Assembly (NCBI GenBank): GCA_038245845.1 | Contig: JBBRRZ010000004.1 | Coordinates: forward strand, 39,142 to 103,141 | Direction of reading: 5' to 3' | Source: Candidatus Limnocylindrales bacterium | GTDB taxonomy: Bacteria > Chloroflexota > Limnocylindria > Limnocylindrales > CSP1-4 | DNA: 64,000 nucleotides | Part shown: positions 10,301 to 19,895 of the stretch, piece by piece | Layout: every line of letters starts with the position of its first letter | How positions within the stretch are numbered: the stretch's first letter is position 1 | Program-made: the position numbers and the translations under genes | Notes under the pieces: generated by a model | Database searches by the model: none | The model's input: the letters and a program-made list of their open reading frames with translations, nothing else | What the model was told of the DNA's origin: nothing

Positions 10301-13300
10301 TATGCATCAAGATTCACAACGTCAGCGATGCCTCGCTCGCCGACCCGCGATTCACCGACAGCTGGTTCTGCTACACCGCGGGATCGCCGTGGAATCCCGG
10401 CTCGTTCGAGAACATCGACCTCGGCGGCAGCATCGTTGGCGCATGGACGTTCTATAGCCGGAACCTGTGGAACGACGTTCGCAACAACGGCACGTTCGGC
10501 GGCCCCCTCGACGAGTATCAGGTGATCGCCATGCAGATTCAGAGTGCTGGGGCGGTATCTGGCTCAACCTACATCGACGCACTGCGGCTCGAGCCCGTTG
10601 ATTCCTCGATCGTCTATTGGAATGGGACCACGATCAACAAGAGTCCGACGACCCTATGGACAGCGGGCGGCGGGCTCACAGCCGAGTCCGATGACGCGCC
10701 CTACACCGGCGAGAAGAGCCTCAAGGTCACCGCGGCATCGTATGGTTCCTCGCCACTGTGCAATACCACTGGGAGCGCCTGCTGGGGGACGTCCGCGGGA
10801 GGCCTGTGGTCGTATGCCTTCAGCTCATGGTCCTGGAAGAAGGTCGGCGGCCAGCTGGCGGCCATCACGATGTGGTTCAACGACGAGACGGCCGGCGTGA
10901 CCGGTGGTGCGATCACCTACTACGCAGGACCCGTTGCACCGGCCGGGGTACCCGTCTGCCCCGGGACCTCGACCCCCTGCGTGGTGCAGGTCAGCCCGAC
11001 GGTTCCGACCACGTGGACCAAGGTCACTCGCAATATCCTCGAGGACGCGCGGCAGATCCTTGGCATGTACACCGACGCGCCCAGCGAGACGCGGGCGGCG
11101 GGTCCCAACGACGTCCGCCTCGTGGGATACCGGATCACCGGAGGCGATGGCAATTTCCTACTCCTCGGGGGCTTCCGCTTCGGTGGGCTGCCCGACGTGG
11201 CACGACAGACGCGCACGGGGACGGCTGACGAGTACGCCCAGCCGGATGTCGCAGGGGAGGCGGTCCAGACATATGACTTCCGCGCGACGTACGCCGACGG
11301 GACTGTCCACTACTTCAACGATGCCGGCCTGCTCGCACGCATCGTTGATCTCGACGGGAACACGCTTTCGGTCGATTGGACGATCGACCCGACCAAGAGC
11401 GGTCAGGCGGCATACACCCTCGACCGGATCCGTGCGGCATCCGATGGGCTGAGCCTCTCCACGGGCACCGCCAACCGAGAGTTGGTGATGGCCAAGAGCG
11501 TTGCGGGTGGCGCGACCGTCTACCGCTTCGACGAGAACCTCGGTTCGACGACCTCGGACGCGTCGGGGCGAGCCGCGACCTTCAGAGTGTCGACGACGAC
11601 GTCGGATCTCGTCTCGGTCGCGCCCGCTCGGCTTACCGACCAGACCTGCACCGCGGCGCCAAGCGGCTGCTTCAGCTACATATATGACGCAGCGTCTCCA
11701 GCCCATCGGCTTGTTGAAGTCCGCGACCCGCGGTACGACCCAGGTGCAACCCCGGCTGTGCTGTACGCAACGGGGATCACCTGGGCGCAGCTCGCCGGCG
11801 ATTCGGTCGTGCGCCCGACGCAGATCACGGACAAGGCTGCGGGCAATGCCGTCCTGCTCAATGTGGTCGCCTGGGATCACAACCAGGACGGTTCGCCGCT
11901 CTACCGGCGGCCGCTCTATCAGGATGCGACGGCCATGGCAGCGGGCAATGTCGCGATCCATGAGGAACTGTCACCCGACGGCGCCGTCCGCGCGACCTAC
12001 GCGCCGCAGGCGTGCTCTGGCACCTGTTCGACGCTCACGGCCCCCGGGGGCCTCACGTCTGACGCCGCCCATCCCGACCAGGGCCTCGATCACCTTCGGG
12101 TGTCCGCCGTGGAATTCGACGGCATCGCGCACGTCAGCAAGACCACCACCTATCGGTGCAACCAGGCCCCCGCCGCAGGGTCGGGGTGCACAGGAGCAGC
12201 GGACCTGCTGTCCGTGACCCGCCAGGGTTCCAACGCGGGCGCGACGGTCGACAGCGTCGCGAACCCTCTCGCGGGCGGCGGGCCTGCCTGGACGCAGACC
12301 GCCGACCAGTACTTCGCGAGCATGCGCGATTCTGGCGGCACGAATCCTGACCTGTACCGCACCGAGATGACGTACGACGGGTATGGGGAGCCGATCGAGA
12401 CTCGTACCCTCGCCACGAATCAGGGCGCGAACAGTGGCGTCGCAGCGGTGTCAGGGGCAACGGCGCCCATGGCGCTCTATTCGCTGAACGGCAATCCGAA
12501 CGACGCGGTCGGCGGTGTCACGGGCTCACCGTCCGGGATCACGTATGCCGCGGGAGCGCTCCGGTTCAGCGCTGACCAGGCCGCCGTCTTCAATGGCTCG
12601 GCCACGTTGACCGCGGCGATTCCATCCCAGACGGCTGGCTACGGCCTCGAGGCCTGGGTCAAGGTGACGGCGGCCGGGGTGACCGGCAAAGGCATCCTTG
12701 GCCGCTTTCTCTCGAATTCCGGCGCCATGGTCCTCATCGACTCCAACGGCTACTTCGCACTCGCCCACAACGCGGCCCGCGTCGTGACAGCGGTGAAGCC
12801 CGAGCCCAATCGCTGGTATTACGTGGCTGCCACCTGGGATGGGGCCACCGGCAAGGTGTACGTCGACGGCCGGCTCGCCGCGTCTGGCGCGGTAACGGGC
12901 GCCACGGGTACCGGTGGCGCCACCTTCGAGTTCGGCGCGTATGGCAACGCCGCGACCGGAACGAAGCTGTCGGGCTCCATCGATGAGGCGGCGATCTACA
13001 GCTCTGCGCCAACCGCCTCGGATATCCGGAACCGGTTCAATGCGGCTCGAGCCGTCGCGGAGATCGCGACGAGGACGGCGATCGACCGTGCCGGCCATCG
13101 CGTCGGTAGCATCGATTCCTCCCTCGTGAACGGTGACTTTGAGGGTGGGCTCACCGGCTGGAAGGCCGCAACGGGAAGCCCGTCGGTGTACGCGGCAGCG
13201 TCGTCGAGCGATGCCAACGTTCACGTCGAGAGCGGCGCACCGGCGCCGTCCTGGGTCTCGATCGCCCTGCCGACTGGCGCGGCGATTCGCCAGGATGCCC

Positions 13301-16300
13301 AGCTCGTCCCCGGCCAGACGGTCCGGTTCCAGGCGTGGCACAAGTCGGCGGGCAGCGCGAGCTGGACCGTGTCCTGGTTCAACGGGACCACGTGGTCTTC
13401 GACCTGGAACGGCACGTCGGTGACCGGGACGTCCACTGCGGCGGGCTGGACCGGCGAAGCCTGGGACCTGACGCTGCCCATGCGGTCCGATGGCCGGATC
13501 CGCATCGACCTCGCCGGAGCCGGCGCAGGGACGACCTATGTCGATGACGTCGTGCTCGTCACGGCATGGGCGCGAACCGGGTACAACCAGCTTGGCCTCG
13601 CGACGACCAGCGCAACGCTGCCAATTGGATCTATCGGCGGGGTGGGGTCGCTTCCGGTTGTCACGACCTCGACGGCGTACACCCCATCGTCGGTCGCGCC
13701 CGCAATCTATCCGACCACGGTCATCGCCAACGATGTCGCGACGCCGGGTGGGGATCCGGCCAACGATGCCACGACGTCCATGACGTATGACGCGTGGGGC
13801 CGACGGCTGGTCACCATCGACCCGGATGGCATCGTCTCCGCCACGCCCACGTACGGCGCCAACCAGACCGACGTGACGAGCGTCACTGATGCCCTCAATC
13901 ACACGACGTCGTACACGTACGACCTGGCTGGCCGCGTCCTGACCGAGTCGACTCCGCTCGGCCTCGTGACCCGGAGCACGTACGACCAGGCGGGTCGACG
14001 GGTGATGCTGGCGGCGCCCGACGGCACAAAGTCGGCAACCATCTTCAATGCCTACGGCGAGCAGACCGCGGTCATAGCGAACAACGGGGACGGAACCGGT
14101 TCAGGCGCGTCCGGCGTGGACGACGTGGCGAGCCGGTTTGCCTACGACGCGATGGGCCGCCAGACGAAGATCGAACTCGATTGCGGCGATGTGGCAGGCA
14201 GCTGCACCGCGAACGGGGGCATCGACGCCACGACCTCGACGGCACTGGACCTCACTGGGGCAGCGGTCGCGACGACGACCTACCCGGGGTCCGGTGGCAC
14301 GGGAACCCCACGTTCCACCACCGAGTACTTCGAGACCTTCACCTACACGCCCAGCGGGTCGCCGGCAACGACCCTCACGCGCCTCACTCCGAGCGGCGTC
14401 AGGAATGCGATTGCGCCCGCGGCGAGCCCCGCGCCCCAATGCCCCGGTACCGGCAGCACCTTCTGTTCGAGTGCCAGCCTCACCAAGGCGCTCAACGGGA
14501 TCTCGGTCCCGGGGATCGACTTCAATGGCCAGACGCTGGTCACGGTCGATGCCTATGGGAACATCTCGCGGACGTGGCACGACGTGCAGGGCCGGACGGT
14601 CCGCACGATCGCAACCTACGACGACGGCGACCCCGCCACTGGTGCAGCCGATCGCGACCTCGTGAGCGACACCCAATACTCCCTGGCAGGGCTCGTGGTC
14701 CAGGCGACCGATGCGTCGAACCGATCCCTCGTGTCGAGCTACGACGCGCTCGGGCGCGTCACGAAGGTGACGCGTGTGGATCGCGCGGGTGTTGACACCC
14801 TCGCGAGTCGGACCATCTACACGTCGGCTGGCCGGGTTGATCGCGAATCCGGCGATGACGCGCCGACCAAGCTTGACGGTGCGCGGACCTGGTCAAAGTC
14901 GGTCTATGACGCCCTCGGCCGCCTCGCGTACACGTTGCTCCACTATGACGCGACGGGCAGTCCCGGCTATGCAATCGATCCATTCGAGGACGGGGACACC
15001 GTCGGCTGGGCGCCCGCGGGGACGGGCGCGAGTGTCGCATCCGATGCCACCGTCGCCAGATCCGGCACCCGAGCGCTCAAGGTGACGCCGGGCAGTTCGG
15101 GGACCGGCACGACTTGGACGTTGTCGGGGACCTTCCTTGCCGGCACGTCGTACTCCGCGTCGGCACAGGTCTTCGTACCGTCCGGCTCCACGATCACGGG
15201 CACGTTCGGCGGCGGCACGCCGGTCACGGTGGCCGCCGCCGGATGGCAGCCGCTCGTGGCGACCCTCGTCGTGGGGGGCACCAACGTGACGAATCCCGTG
15301 TTCACCATCACGTCCAGTCTGGCCTCCACGCCGTTCTGGGTGGATGACGCGCAGGCGTGGATGACAGCTGACCCAACCGTGAACCTGCCGACCGGGCTCG
15401 TCGCCCGAGACGCCGACGGCCGGGTGACGGCATCGATCATGGTCCCGGGCGTTCCCGGCGATCCTGCGATGGTCACTACGACCGGCTACAACGCCGTCGG
15501 GCAGCCGGTCATCGTCTCGGTGAACAGTGCACATCTCTATGGCGGCACAATCCTCGCTGAGTCGAGCCTCACCCACTACTGGCCGCTTGACGAGGCATCG
15601 GGCTCGGTGCTCGACGCCAAGGGCACGTTGCCTCTGGCCTCCGTGTCAGCGGCCGTCCGTGGTCGAGCCGGGCTGGTCGATGAGGGCCGGACGGCCACCG
15701 GTTTCGCCGGGTCTGCGTCCTACGTGCTCAACGACACCGCCGCTGCGTCAACCGCGACCGACAACTTCAGCCTCGAGGCGTGGATCCAGGCCGACGCGCT
15801 GCCGGCGGCCGGGCAGCTGGCGATCGCTGCCTACAACGGCAATGATCTGGGCGGATGGGGCATCGGCATCGACGCCACGGGCGCCATCGTCGCGCTCTAC
15901 GGCGGGCGCGCCACCCTCGCGACCACCGCGGTGATCACCACGGGCACTCTGCATCACCTCGTCCTCGTCCGATCGGGTGGCGTGGCGAAGATCTATGTGG
16001 ACGGCACGGCGTACACGCCATCCAACTCGACGACCGCACCGATCGCTCCGACCGCGCATGTCACGATCGGCGGGGAGATCGCGGACACTCGGGACTTCGC
16101 GGGAACCGTCGACGAGGTCGCGGTCTACAGCGCTGCACTCAGCGCCACCCAGGTGAGCAGCCACTTCGCGATCGGTCACCGGACGGATGCCAGCTCGAAC
16201 CTGACCTCCCGGACGAGCTACGATCCACTCGGACGCGCAACCGACGCATCGGACGCACGGACGATCCGCACCCATGCGGTCTTCGACCGCCTTGGCCGGC

Positions 16301-18978
16301 AGATCGACACCTACGCAAACTACCGCTCGGGAACGCCGATTGACGGGACGAGCGATGACAGCGACGTGCGCAGTCGCTATGCCTATGACGCGCTCGGAGA
16401 GCTCGTTGCCTATTGCCCGGCCAGGGCCGTGGCCAGCGCTGATGCCTGCGACCCGACGAGCACCAACACCACTAGCAATCAGTACAAGAGCGCGTGGCAC
16501 TACGGCTTCGACGCGATGGGCCGGCCGACCACCACTGTCCCCCCGGTCCCGGCGGGGTCTGCGACCCCACTCGCCACATCGGAAACCGTCTACGAGGCTG
16601 GCGGTCGCGTCGCCAAGACCTGCGCCTACCCCGCGGCGTTGTCATGCGCGGGCACGACGGCGACCCGAACCCAGACACCGACATACGACGCGCTCGGCCG
16701 CGTGCTCACCATGACGACGACCGACAACGGCACGACGGTGCCCGCACTGACCAGGACCTCGACCTACAACACCGACGGATCCCCAGCGTCGCTGAGTCGG
16801 GGTGGCGACACCGTCACCTTTGGCTACGACGACGCGGGTCGTCAGGTCTCGACGTCTCGGGGCGGCAATGTGCTGACCGGGGTCGAGTACGACGTTGATG
16901 GCACGATCCTGCGGAGGGTCGACCACTACCTCGACGGCGCCACGACGGCCACGACGGGTTTTACCTACGACTGGGCGCGTCGCGAGATCACGGCGTCAAA
17001 CAGTGCCTTCGCGAGCAATGCGGCAACCGCAGCGTATCGACTTGACGGCCTGCTCGCGGCCCGAACGTACCCGACGAGCCCGACCGAGGCGCTTTCGCTC
17101 GCGTACGACGCGGCAAAGCGGCCGCTGACGATCACCCGCGCCAACGGCGACACGATCACCCGGACCTATGACCGGGCGGGCAACACCGCCTCCGAAGCCC
17201 GCGTCCTGGCGGGGATCTCCGGCAATGCGGGCAGCGGGACGCAGACCTTCACCTACGACTCGCTCAACCGGCTCACCGGCTCCAGCGGCCTCTCTACCAG
17301 CAAGTCGTACCAATACGACCTCGATGGCAATCGGACGGTCAAGGTCGAGGGTGCCACGACGACGAGCTACACGTACGACCGCACCGATCAACTGCTGGGC
17401 CAGAGCACCGGCAGCCTGTCCTTTGTCTACGACGCATTCGGCAACATGACCTCGAAGGCCGAGACGCTGCTGACCGTCACCAGCTTCGCCTATGACGCGG
17501 CCAACCGGCTGACGACGATCACGCCCGCCGCAGGCGCCGGCACGACGGCCACGTTCACCTTCGACGCCCTCGACCGGATCCGCACTCGAACATTGGGCAC
17601 GGGCCCGGCCGAGAGCTACGGCTACCTGGGCGCGACGGACACCGCGATCGAGGTCTCGAGCGTCACCGGTGGCGTGACCACTGCGACCCGCAGCCTGCTC
17701 GATCTCGATGGCTCACGGCTGGCGCTCAAGACCGGCAGCACGGTGTCGTGGACGCTGTTCGACGAGCTGGGCTCGCTCATCGGCCTCGAGAGCGCCTCGC
17801 GAGCCGTGACCGATGCCCGCCGCTATGACTGCTACGGCGAGACGATCGCCTCGGTGGCGCCGACGACCGACCCGTGGCGCTTCCGGGGCAGCCTCGACGT
17901 CAGCCCGACCACGGATCCCCTGTATGCGATGGGCGCGCGCCTCTATGCCCCCTCGGTGGGCACCTTCACCCAGCTCGACACGTTCGCAGGCTCGGCACAG
18001 CACCCGGCCTCGATGAACCGCTTCCTGTACGCCGAAGGCAACCCCGCCACGTTCATCGACCCCACCGGGCACATGGTCTCGCAGAACCAGCTCTGTGGCC
18101 GGTACGCGGACTTCTGCGGCGACAACAGCACCCCGGCGACCAGGCAGCACCCGGACACGAGCAAGCCTGCCAACGGCGGTGGCTGCGGGACGAGCTGCGG
18201 GGGGAGCACGTCCGGGGGCAGTGTCGATCCGTCGTGGACGAGCGCCAAGCCTAAGGGCGCGGGGGCTCCCGCCTACATCGATCCGGATGTCTTTGCATCG
18301 AGCATGGAGTGGAACCAACTTCTCGATCAGACATCCTATCGGTGCTCTGCCGGCGCCATGCCCGATGAGTCGGCATGTGACCTGCTGGACGCACTTCACG
18401 ACTTCCAACATGACCAGGAGACGGCGTTCTGCGCGACACACAACGAGCTGTGTCGCGCCCGACGCGACGAGACCGTGTTGCTTGCCGCCGGCGGCGTCGA
18501 GGCAATCGGCACGGTGATCGCATTCGTAGATCTCGTCCCAGGTGATGAGGTCGCGATGCTCACGGCCGATGGCGCCACGGCCAGTCGACTCGGTGAGGTG
18601 CAAGCAGAGATCGCGGCTGCTTCGAGTACGATGACGAGGTCCTCTGCCATTCAGTCAGACCTCGCTATCGCGGAGTCGCACCTATTGAACGAAACCGACG
18701 ACGGGCTGATCTATGGTCCCAATGCTGCTATGCTTTCCTCGATCCGAACGGCAATTCAGGATGGGCGTCCTCTAAGTCAATTTGAACGAACCTTCCTCGA
18801 CCACGAGCTGCTAGAGTCTTCATTGATGTCGGAGAGCGGCATGACACTGGAAGACGCACACCGCCTCGTCCTGCAGGTATATAAGCCGGGAACGAACTAC
18901 TCCCCGACGATCATGGAGGCATTCCCTGACCATTTCAACAACTTGGAGAGGGCAAATGTCAACCTCCCAACCCGATAG
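7375..18978 (+). CDS. Giant secreted Rhs/YD-repeat polymorphic toxin (3867 aa): signal peptide, WapA-like N-terminus, DNRLRE-like, Ig-like, LamG x2, carbohydrate-binding-like domains, Rhs core, C-terminal toxin
   Basis: Signal peptide ending VAAA; RTEKSLTYANPDGSY; many YDxxGR repeats; core LYAMGARLYAPSVGTFTQLD...NRFLYAEGNPATFIDPTGH (PxxxxDPxG at 18043-18069); about 300-aa C-terminal extension. Confidence 0.93.
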   Translation: MAARAVHRVRFLSLCAIAVLCIQATYVAPVAAASPFVTNQSTAIGTGRRADGGAVKVTPAPIRMEPTAVAGESDEPLVTQSSPSVARPPKARTELQSKRTEKSLTYANPDGSYTLVVSTGRLNFKDASGTWQPINLALVDDAVGAFSLRGSANDVTTRFGTVNAEAGLAQIAVGADVLTIRAIGYGQGSAIPAGQSVLGSSPTDIAPDVATPAPSASPDTGTAQGTIAATPSPAPSPEATAAASPSLPSLEPAPTPKDTPSAVVTPSPTSSPLPVPANTPLPSPALAPGSKVAAPGQGHNATVWAQPLDSGLEFGATFPDSKSATAIDFALDVPPGDVARLDGSAVVVEQYTLDGSGSPTVVFVGRVSTPVLYEGGGVDGAVPIVDRTVTSLTDQGNGKYVIRYELDADWFHDPERVFPIVLDPTICLRAGGGTGCTTGDTHYANTYIGQGQPTTYPTTPSTLRAGLDAIGSPDAAWGTLRSLVSFDLKDFVNLTDAQQVSAATLTLREDNNRHGTTNAGVYAYLLSKGFTNTTTWNDINAKTVAGYGGVKVNACAATTTDCDLAIDVTDILAANLSKNPASWKGGWGFMIQAYSESTWDEIDFYTGQDATVSNRPRLSITYVTPAVALDFDSSLGPTYSPSTMAPSVPTVLPIVVSNKAATTIDKCTSTSDLDCYQLGYRWFNGKGRLVSSTSFGAMNLIADIAAGAITPTPLALAITPPASIGQYTLRLDLVHRIGGSAGTLVWASDFADPSKYYARNKKVLASDGTRWTGISLIERDEFTITVGSGDIAADPHSAAGMSIDLATRNLAYTASTGLGFGDLVPIGLDYAYSSADATNCTGYLGILGACGWSTSWDERVTGGPNQTGYDYIYQTTAGARYVADTDADGQLVSGAPVLLERPRVTIADETKPAGSGITQIDPTSPFEAFSGSLISRAPSNASTGLGAPSTTSPVGLNTYSQVRFAMRTDSATSTGLCIKIHNVSDASLADPRFTDSWFCYTAGSPWNPGSFENIDLGGSIVGAWTFYSRNLWNDVRNNGTFGGPLDEYQVIAMQIQSAGAVSGSTYIDALRLEPVDSSIVYWNGTTINKSPTTLWTAGGGLTAESDDAPYTGEKSLKVTAASYGSSPLCNTTGSACWGTSAGGLWSYAFSSWSWKKVGGQLAAITMWFNDETAGVTGGAITYYAGPVAPAGVPVCPGTSTPCVVQVSPTVPTTWTKVTRNILEDARQILGMYTDAPSETRAAGPNDVRLVGYRITGGDGNFLLLGGFRFGGLPDVARQTRTGTADEYAQPDVAGEAVQTYDFRATYADGTVHYFNDAGLLARIVDLDGNTLSVDWTIDPTKSGQAAYTLDRIRAASDGLSLSTGTANRELVMAKSVAGGATVYRFDENLGSTTSDASGRAATFRVSTTTSDLVSVAPARLTDQTCTAAPSGCFSYIYDAASPAHRLVEVRDPRYDPGATPAVLYATGITWAQLAGDSVVRPTQITDKAAGNAVLLNVVAWDHNQDGSPLYRRPLYQDATAMAAGNVAIHEELSPDGAVRATYAPQACSGTCSTLTAPGGLTSDAAHPDQGLDHLRVSAVEFDGIAHVSKTTTYRCNQAPAAGSGCTGAADLLSVTRQGSNAGATVDSVANPLAGGGPAWTQTADQYFASMRDSGGTNPDLYRTEMTYDGYGEPIETRTLATNQGANSGVAAVSGATAPMALYSLNGNPNDAVGGVTGSPSGITYAAGALRFSADQAAVFNGSATLTAAIPSQTAGYGLEAWVKVTAAGVTGKGILGRFLSNSGAMVLIDSNGYFALAHNAARVVTAVKPEPNRWYYVAATWDGATGKVYVDGRLAASGAVTGATGTGGATFEFGAYGNAATGTKLSGSIDEAAIYSSAPTASDIRNRFNAARAVAEIATRTAIDRAGHRVGSIDSSLVNGDFEGGLTGWKAATGSPSVYAAASSSDANVHVESGAPAPSWVSIALPTGAAIRQDAQLVPGQTVRFQAWHKSAGSASWTVSWFNGTTWSSTWNGTSVTGTSTAAGWTGEAWDLTLPMRSDGRIRIDLAGAGAGTTYVDDVVLVTAWARTGYNQLGLATTSATLPIGSIGGVGSLPVVTTSTAYTPSSVAPAIYPTTVIANDVATPGGDPANDATTSMTYDAWGRRLVTIDPDGIVSATPTYGANQTDVTSVTDALNHTTSYTYDLAGRVLTESTPLGLVTRSTYDQAGRRVMLAAPDGTKSATIFNAYGEQTAVIANNGDGTGSGASGVDDVASRFAYDAMGRQTKIELDCGDVAGSCTANGGIDATTSTALDLTGAAVATTTYPGSGGTGTPRSTTEYFETFTYTPSGSPATTLTRLTPSGVRNAIAPAASPAPQCPGTGSTFCSSASLTKALNGISVPGIDFNGQTLVTVDAYGNISRTWHDVQGRTVRTIATYDDGDPATGAADRDLVSDTQYSLAGLVVQATDASNRSLVSSYDALGRVTKVTRVDRAGVDTLASRTIYTSAGRVDRESGDDAPTKLDGARTWSKSVYDALGRLAYTLLHYDATGSPGYAIDPFEDGDTVGWAPAGTGASVASDATVARSGTRALKVTPGSSGTGTTWTLSGTFLAGTSYSASAQVFVPSGSTITGTFGGGTPVTVAAAGWQPLVATLVVGGTNVTNPVFTITSSLASTPFWVDDAQAWMTADPTVNLPTGLVARDADGRVTASIMVPGVPGDPAMVTTTGYNAVGQPVIVSVNSAHLYGGTILAESSLTHYWPLDEASGSVLDAKGTLPLASVSAAVRGRAGLVDEGRTATGFAGSASYVLNDTAAASTATDNFSLEAWIQADALPAAGQLAIAAYNGNDLGGWGIGIDATGAIVALYGGRATLATTAVITTGTLHHLVLVRSGGVAKIYVDGTAYTPSNSTTAPIAPTAHVTIGGEIADTRDFAGTVDEVAVYSAALSATQVSSHFAIGHRTDASSNLTSRTSYDPLGRATDASDARTIRTHAVFDRLGRQIDTYANYRSGTPIDGTSDDSDVRSRYAYDALGELVAYCPARAVASADACDPTSTNTTSNQYKSAWHYGFDAMGRPTTTVPPVPAGSATPLATSETVYEAGGRVAKTCAYPAALSCAGTTATRTQTPTYDALGRVLTMTTTDNGTTVPALTRTSTYNTDGSPASLSRGGDTVTFGYDDAGRQVSTSRGGNVLTGVEYDVDGTILRRVDHYLDGATTATTGFTYDWARREITASNSAFASNAATAAYRLDGLLAARTYPTSPTEALSLAYDAAKRPLTITRANGDTITRTYDRAGNTASEARVLAGISGNAGSGTQTFTYDSLNRLTGSSGLSTSKSYQYDLDGNRTVKVEGATTTSYTYDRTDQLLGQSTGSLSFVYDAFGNMTSKAETLLTVTSFAYDAANRLTTITPAAGAGTTATFTFDALDRIRTRTLGTGPAESYGYLGATDTAIEVSSVTGGVTTATRSLLDLDGSRLALKTGSTVSWTLFDELGSLIGLESASRAVTDARRYDCYGETIASVAPTTDPWRFRGSLDVSPTTDPLYAMGARLYAPSVGTFTQLDTFAGSAQHPASMNRFLYAEGNPATFIDPTGHMVSQNQLCGRYADFCGDNSTPATRQHPDTSKPANGGGCGTSCGGSTSGGSVDPSWTSAKPKGAGAPAYIDPDVFASSMEWNQLLDQTSYRCSAGAMPDESACDLLDALHDFQHDQETAFCATHNELCRARRDETVLLAAGGVEAIGTVIAFVDLVPGDEVAMLTADGATASRLGEVQAEIAAASSTMTRSSAIQSDLAIAESHLLNETDDGLIYGPNAAMLSSIRTAIQDGRPLSQFERTFLDHELLESSLMSESGMTLEDAHRLVLQVYKPGTNYSPTIMEAFPDHFNNLERANVNLPTR

Positions 18979-19555
18979 AGTCACGCAACTGCTAGTCAAC
19001 GGGTGGCGAGTTGGCATCGGCCGCGACGATGGTGGGTTCATCCTGGAGGCGTCGTCGCGCGACCGGAGCGTCCACGCGGCAAATCCCGTGCTCGAAGCTA
19101 TTGGCGCGGCTGGCTTTGAGGTAGAAGTCCTGCATCTCATGTCGGGACGGCAGGCGCACGCATTGGTGGCGATCGAATATGAGCCGGCAGCAGATGCGGA
19201 ACTGAAGATCGATCTTCCATTGGACATGGTGCACCCTCCGGGCGGGCCGGTTACGTTGGACGGTCTCCGTCATCGTGGGCCGCTCAATCGACCTTTGCTT
19301 CCGTTGCTACCATCTTCAATGGCCGATGCTTTTGTTGCCGCCGTGGCCGATCAGCGGCGCCGCATGCCTCCGGCAGGTGTCTTGGTGCTGGCTGGAGCTG
19401 GAATAGACGAGGGCTCCTCAGCGTGGGCGTTCAAGGCAGTGGGCCAAGTCGTCCGTGTTGTTGTGGACTGCATCGCCTCCATGGCAGACGATGGCGCCCG
19501 AGACGCCGCAGTGCGCGACCTAGTGAATCAGTGGCCAACAACACTCTCCGGTTGA
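18956..19555 (+). CDS. Putative cognate immunity protein of the Rhs toxin
   Basis: Overlaps toxin 3' end, GGAG upstream of ATG, reduced GC like the toxin tip; no family recognised. Confidence 0.6.
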   Translation: MSTSQPDRVTQLLVNGWRVGIGRDDGGFILEASSRDRSVHAANPVLEAIGAAGFEVEVLHLMSGRQAHALVAIEYEPAADAELKIDLPLDMVHPPGGPVTLDGLRHRGPLNRPLLPLLPSSMADAFVAAVADQRRRMPPAGVLVLAGAGIDEGSSAWAFKAVGQVVRVVVDCIASMADDGARDAAVRDLVNQWPTTLSG

Positions 19556-19595
19556 CGCACGTAAGCTCCATAGGGGCGGTACCGGAGCTTCGCGT

Positions 19596-19895
19596 ATGAG
19601 GCCGCCGACCGTCTCTGACTCCGTTCGTACGCAATCGCACAGGTCCTCTTGTCGCGGATGTCCTGGTGCATCGCGAGCTACAACGAGGCGAGGCGAGGCG
19701 CGCGTAGCTTCGGCGCGCGTAGCTTCGGCGCGCGTAGCTTCGGCGAGCGCAATCTTCGTCGTTCTGGGACTGTTCGGTGTGGGTCGTGCGGACAAGCCCG
19801 TTTCACTGTTCACGCCGACCATGCACAACAACACGAGAACCGTCGCCGATGGTTGGATCCACGTCGGAACTTACACGGTGCCGCGATGGGACTGA
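19596..19895 (+). pseudogene. Possible orphan toxin C-terminal remnant
   Basis: Tail NTRTVADGWIHVGTYTVPRWD ends overlapping the next ATG by 10 nt; 5' part is low-complexity repeat. Confidence 0.3.
19700..19744. repeat. 15-bp tandem repeat GCGCGTAGCTTCGGC x3, preceded by (CGAGG)x3
   Basis: Exact copies at 19700, 19715 and 19730. Confidence 0.95.

Noticed and set aside
18073-18978. Pretoxin HINT/intein domain or zincin HExxH protease in the Rhs tip
   Set aside because: No CF...HN intein motifs; the motif is HExxE, not HExxH
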